The notes beneath the pieces were generated by a model. The model made no database searches. It was not told the DNA's origin and saw nothing but the letters and a program-made list of their open reading frames with translations. A stretch of DNA of 64,000 bases from Candidatus Latescibacterota bacterium (lineage in GTDB: Bacteria; Latescibacterota; UBA2968; GCA-2709665). Positions 61,650 through 64,000 of this stretch are shown one piece after another (position 1 is the stretch's first letter; each line of letters begins with the position of its first letter). The stretch is from contig CAXXJS010000016.1 in the NCBI GenBank assembly GCA_963662665.2, positions 66,725-130,724 on the forward strand, read 5' to 3'. The position numbers and the translations under genes are program-made.

Positions 61650-63070
61650 GACACTGACTCCACGCCAACCTCCACCGCCCGGGCCAGCGCGGCCTCGACG
61701 TGGCGCAATTCGCCTGCCGCCATCGTCCGCAGATCCAGAAACAGCCGATCGTCCCGTACATATCCGAGTATCGGCGGGTCGTCCGCGCGCAGTCGGGCCG
61801 CGAGTTCGGTCACGGATCCACCGACCAGAGAGACACACAGCGCCACGCTTGGGATTTCCTCCAGCGGCAGGGCGCCGCTTCCCGTCTGGGCCACCGAGTC
61901 CGCCAGTTCAATCCGCAGCCCTTTTTCCCGAAGCCGGCTGAGCCGAGACAGGCTCCGTCGCCCCCTTCGCTTCAGTCTGGAGAGGGGCTCGGTCAACATC
62001 CCGAGCGTGGGATGCGCCCGCAACAATTCCGCCCGGTTCAGGAAAAGCCTCAACGTTGCCGCCAGTGCTGCATAGGTCAGTTTACCACACCGCAGCGCCC
62101 GCATAAGCGGATTCTCGCGGATTCTCTCGATGACGTCTTTCCGCCCAACCAGAATGCCCGCCTGGGGGCCGCCCAACACCTTGTCGGCGCTGAACGTTAC
62201 CACGTCGGCGCCGGCCGCCACGCTGTCCGATACAAGGGGCTCGTGAGGCAGACCGAATTCCCGCATGTCCACCAGAGCGCCGCCTCCCAGGTCGTGGGCC
62301 ACTGGCACGCCGCGCCGATTGCCCAGCGCGACCAGATCCGCCAGCGAAACCGAAGCCGTAAAGCCCATCACCTTGTAATTGCTGGGATGCACCGCCAGCA
62401 TCAGGCCCGACCGGCGGGTAAGAGCCGCCGCGTAATCCTGCAGGTGGGTCCGGTTGGTCGTGCCGACCTCAACCATAACGGCGCCGCTGCGCTCCATGAT
62501 TTCCGGGATGCGAAAGGACCCTCCGATTTCGATCAGTTCGCCTCGTGAGACCAACGCCTCTTTACCCAGACACAGGGAATTCAGCGTTAACAATACGGCG
62601 GCCGCGTTGTTGTTGACCACAGCCGCAGCGTCGGCGCCCGTTAAGGCGCACAACAACTCCTCCACCAACTCCGTTCGGGACCCGCGCCGGCCGGATTCCA
62701 GATCCACCTCCAGATTGCAATACCCCGAGGCGATCCCGGCGACCGCACGGACGGCCGCGTCCGCCAGTGGCGCGCGTCCCAGGTTTGTGTGCAAGACGAT
62801 TCCCGTGGCGTTTACAACCCGCTTGAGACCGGGTTCGGTTAAGTGCGCCGCATCAAGACAGACCTGGCGCACGACCCGCGCGACGAGCCCATCCCTGGAT
62901 TCGCCGATTGCGTCACCGCTGAGCATGGCTTGCCGGACGGCGTCGACCCCCTCACGGACGTACCGGGTGACCATCGGCTGATCGCAACGTTCGAGCAACG
63001 CCTGGACCTCGGGCTCGGTCAGTACCGCGTCAACCGAAGGAATCAACGACAAATCGACCTGTTCTGTCAT
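61637..63070 (-). CDS. selA: L-seryl-tRNA(Sec) selenium transferase
   Basis: NATGIVLHTNLGRAPL, VNNNAAA, SRGELIEIGGSFRIP, FSADKVLGGPQAG; start 63070. Confidence 0.96.
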   Translation of the reverse strand: MTEQVDLSLIPSVDAVLTEPEVQALLERCDQPMVTRYVREGVDAVRQAMLSGDAIGESRDGLVARVVRQVCLDAAHLTEPGLKRVVNATGIVLHTNLGRAPLADAAVRAVAGIASGYCNLEVDLESGRRGSRTELVEELLCALTGADAAAVVNNNAAAVLLTLNSLCLGKEALVSRGELIEIGGSFRIPEIMERSGAVMVEVGTTNRTHLQDYAAALTRRSGLMLAVHPSNYKVMGFTASVSLADLVALGNRRGVPVAHDLGGGALVDMREFGLPHEPLVSDSVAAGADVVTFSADKVLGGPQAGILVGRKDVIERIRENPLMRALRCGKLTYAALAATLRLFLNRAELLRAHPTLGMLTEPLSRLKRRGRRSLSRLSRLREKGLRIELADSVAQTGSGALPLEEIPSVALCVSLVGGSVTELAARLRADDPPILGYVRDDRLFLDLRTMAAGELRHVEAALARAVEVGVESVSCHT

Positions 63071-63158
63071 ATGTCTCCCGATAATGGACACCACCGACGA
63101 TGTACCGCGATCATTTACCCGTTCGGGACTGTGTTCGACACTCCCGAACGCCCGGTCA

Positions 63159-64000
63159 TCAGGGTACAATCCTGAACGAAATCTCCTTTGATGCCCGGTC
63201 GTCGGACAACAGGTCCGTGACCGCCACCTTGACCTGCTGCCCGCCCTCCTCCGTCTCGGTCAGGTCCAGTTCGACGTAAGCAACTTCATCCGGCCTGTTG
63301 CCGGTCTGGTCGTAAGCAATCACAATTTCCCGGTCCTTTTCTGACAGCCTGAAAGCCCGACCGAGTCCGTGCAGAATCTTGACAGGCAGCGCCCTTTTTC
63401 GTTTCGACCGCAATGTATATTCCACTCGATAACGCGTCTGACCGAAGGCATCCTGCTTCAAATTGTAAATTTCGAAATATACGAATGCGTTCTGATGGCT
63501 CCGGAACGCCAGGGACGACATCGGAACGACCTTGAGACCGTTTTTTATGTAGTCACCCGAAGGCTCGTCAGTCGGCTCCGTCGCAAAGGCCAACTCAATA
63601 TCGCTGACCAGCAGCCCGGCCGATCTGTGATAGTCCTCCAGGACAACCGCCTGCTGGTAAACCTGGGATTTACCGGAAACCACGTCCCGTACCTGCAACG
63701 CCATATGGTATGTCCCCGGCGGCAAGTCCACGGGCATAACGCCAGGAATGAACGCGCCGTCTGCAACCTGCCGCTCCGTGGGCGCCTTGAAGGCCATCTG
63801 ATCCACGACTCGATGAACCTCATTCCACAAACTGTCGTAGAAGGCCGCACCCCGGTCCAGCAGGATCAGATCCGTCTTCTCATCCACGTTCAACCGAACT
63901 ACCTCGGTTGCAGGCAGCCCGTAGTATACCTCCAGGCGCGTTTTGGACTCCGGGCCCTTGAAATCAGCCGGATAATAATAGAAATCGATCGGCAGATCCG
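63159..64000 (-). CDS. C-terminal part of a GWxTD-domain-type protein (runs off the window edge)
   Basis: Frame open to the edge; ADFKG...TRLEVYYGLP, PG.YH.ALQV.D, SDIELA, YFEIYNL....G.T.Y.V.Y; the GWxTD motif itself lies outside the window. Confidence 0.7.
   Translation of the reverse strand, partial: DLPIDFYYYPADFKGPESKTRLEVYYGLPATEVVRLNVDEKTDLILLDRGAAFYDSLWNEVHRVVDQMAFKAPTERQVADGAFIPGVMPVDLPPGTYHMALQVRDVVSGKSQVYQQAVVLEDYHRSAGLLVSDIELAFATEPTDEPSGDYIKNGLKVVPMSSLAFRSHQNAFVYFEIYNLKQDAFGQTRYRVEYTLRSKRKRALPVKILHGLGRAFRLSEKDREIVIAYDQTGNRPDEVAYVELDLTETEEGGQQVKVAVTDLLSDDRASKEISFRIVP

Overview
GC-rich bacterial chromosomal window. The gene repertoire (GWxTD protein, EF-hand/dockerin-like tailed secreted WD40 proteins, DHDPS-family and heparinase-like enzymes) suggests a Latescibacterota/Handelsmanbacteria-like organism, possibly a sponge symbiont; this is inference only. 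1-27.6 kb is mostly housekeeping: rel, mutS, mtaB, rpsA, plsC, cmk, scpBA, HNH, gcvH, accCB, efp, bioB, mnmG, smpB, a DnaC-like ATPase, rdgB and slt. 27.7-41 kb is an accessory catabolic island with two heparinase II/III-like lyases, a beta-propeller, a GlmU-like enzyme, AKR, MBL, a DHDPS-family aldolase and a tandem DUF5069-like protein. 41-46.9 kb is the most unusual stretch: three tandem genes for exported proteins with EF-hand/dockerin-like tails. Each has a homologous non-coding leader built on a 116-nt unit with a Shine-Dalgarno-like head, and each carries a single-nucleotide lesion; a 71-bp tandem array and a nested MITE/REP element also lie here. 47-57 kb holds creatininase/MlrC, a CBS-korA-korB(CBS) operon and an operon led by an S1/P1 nuclease homologue lacking several Zn-ligand histidines. 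57.5-59.4 kb is a complete group II intron inserted in a palindrome at a predicted transcription start, just downstream of selA-selB-selC. No database searches or computations were run; all calls come from reading motifs by eye.
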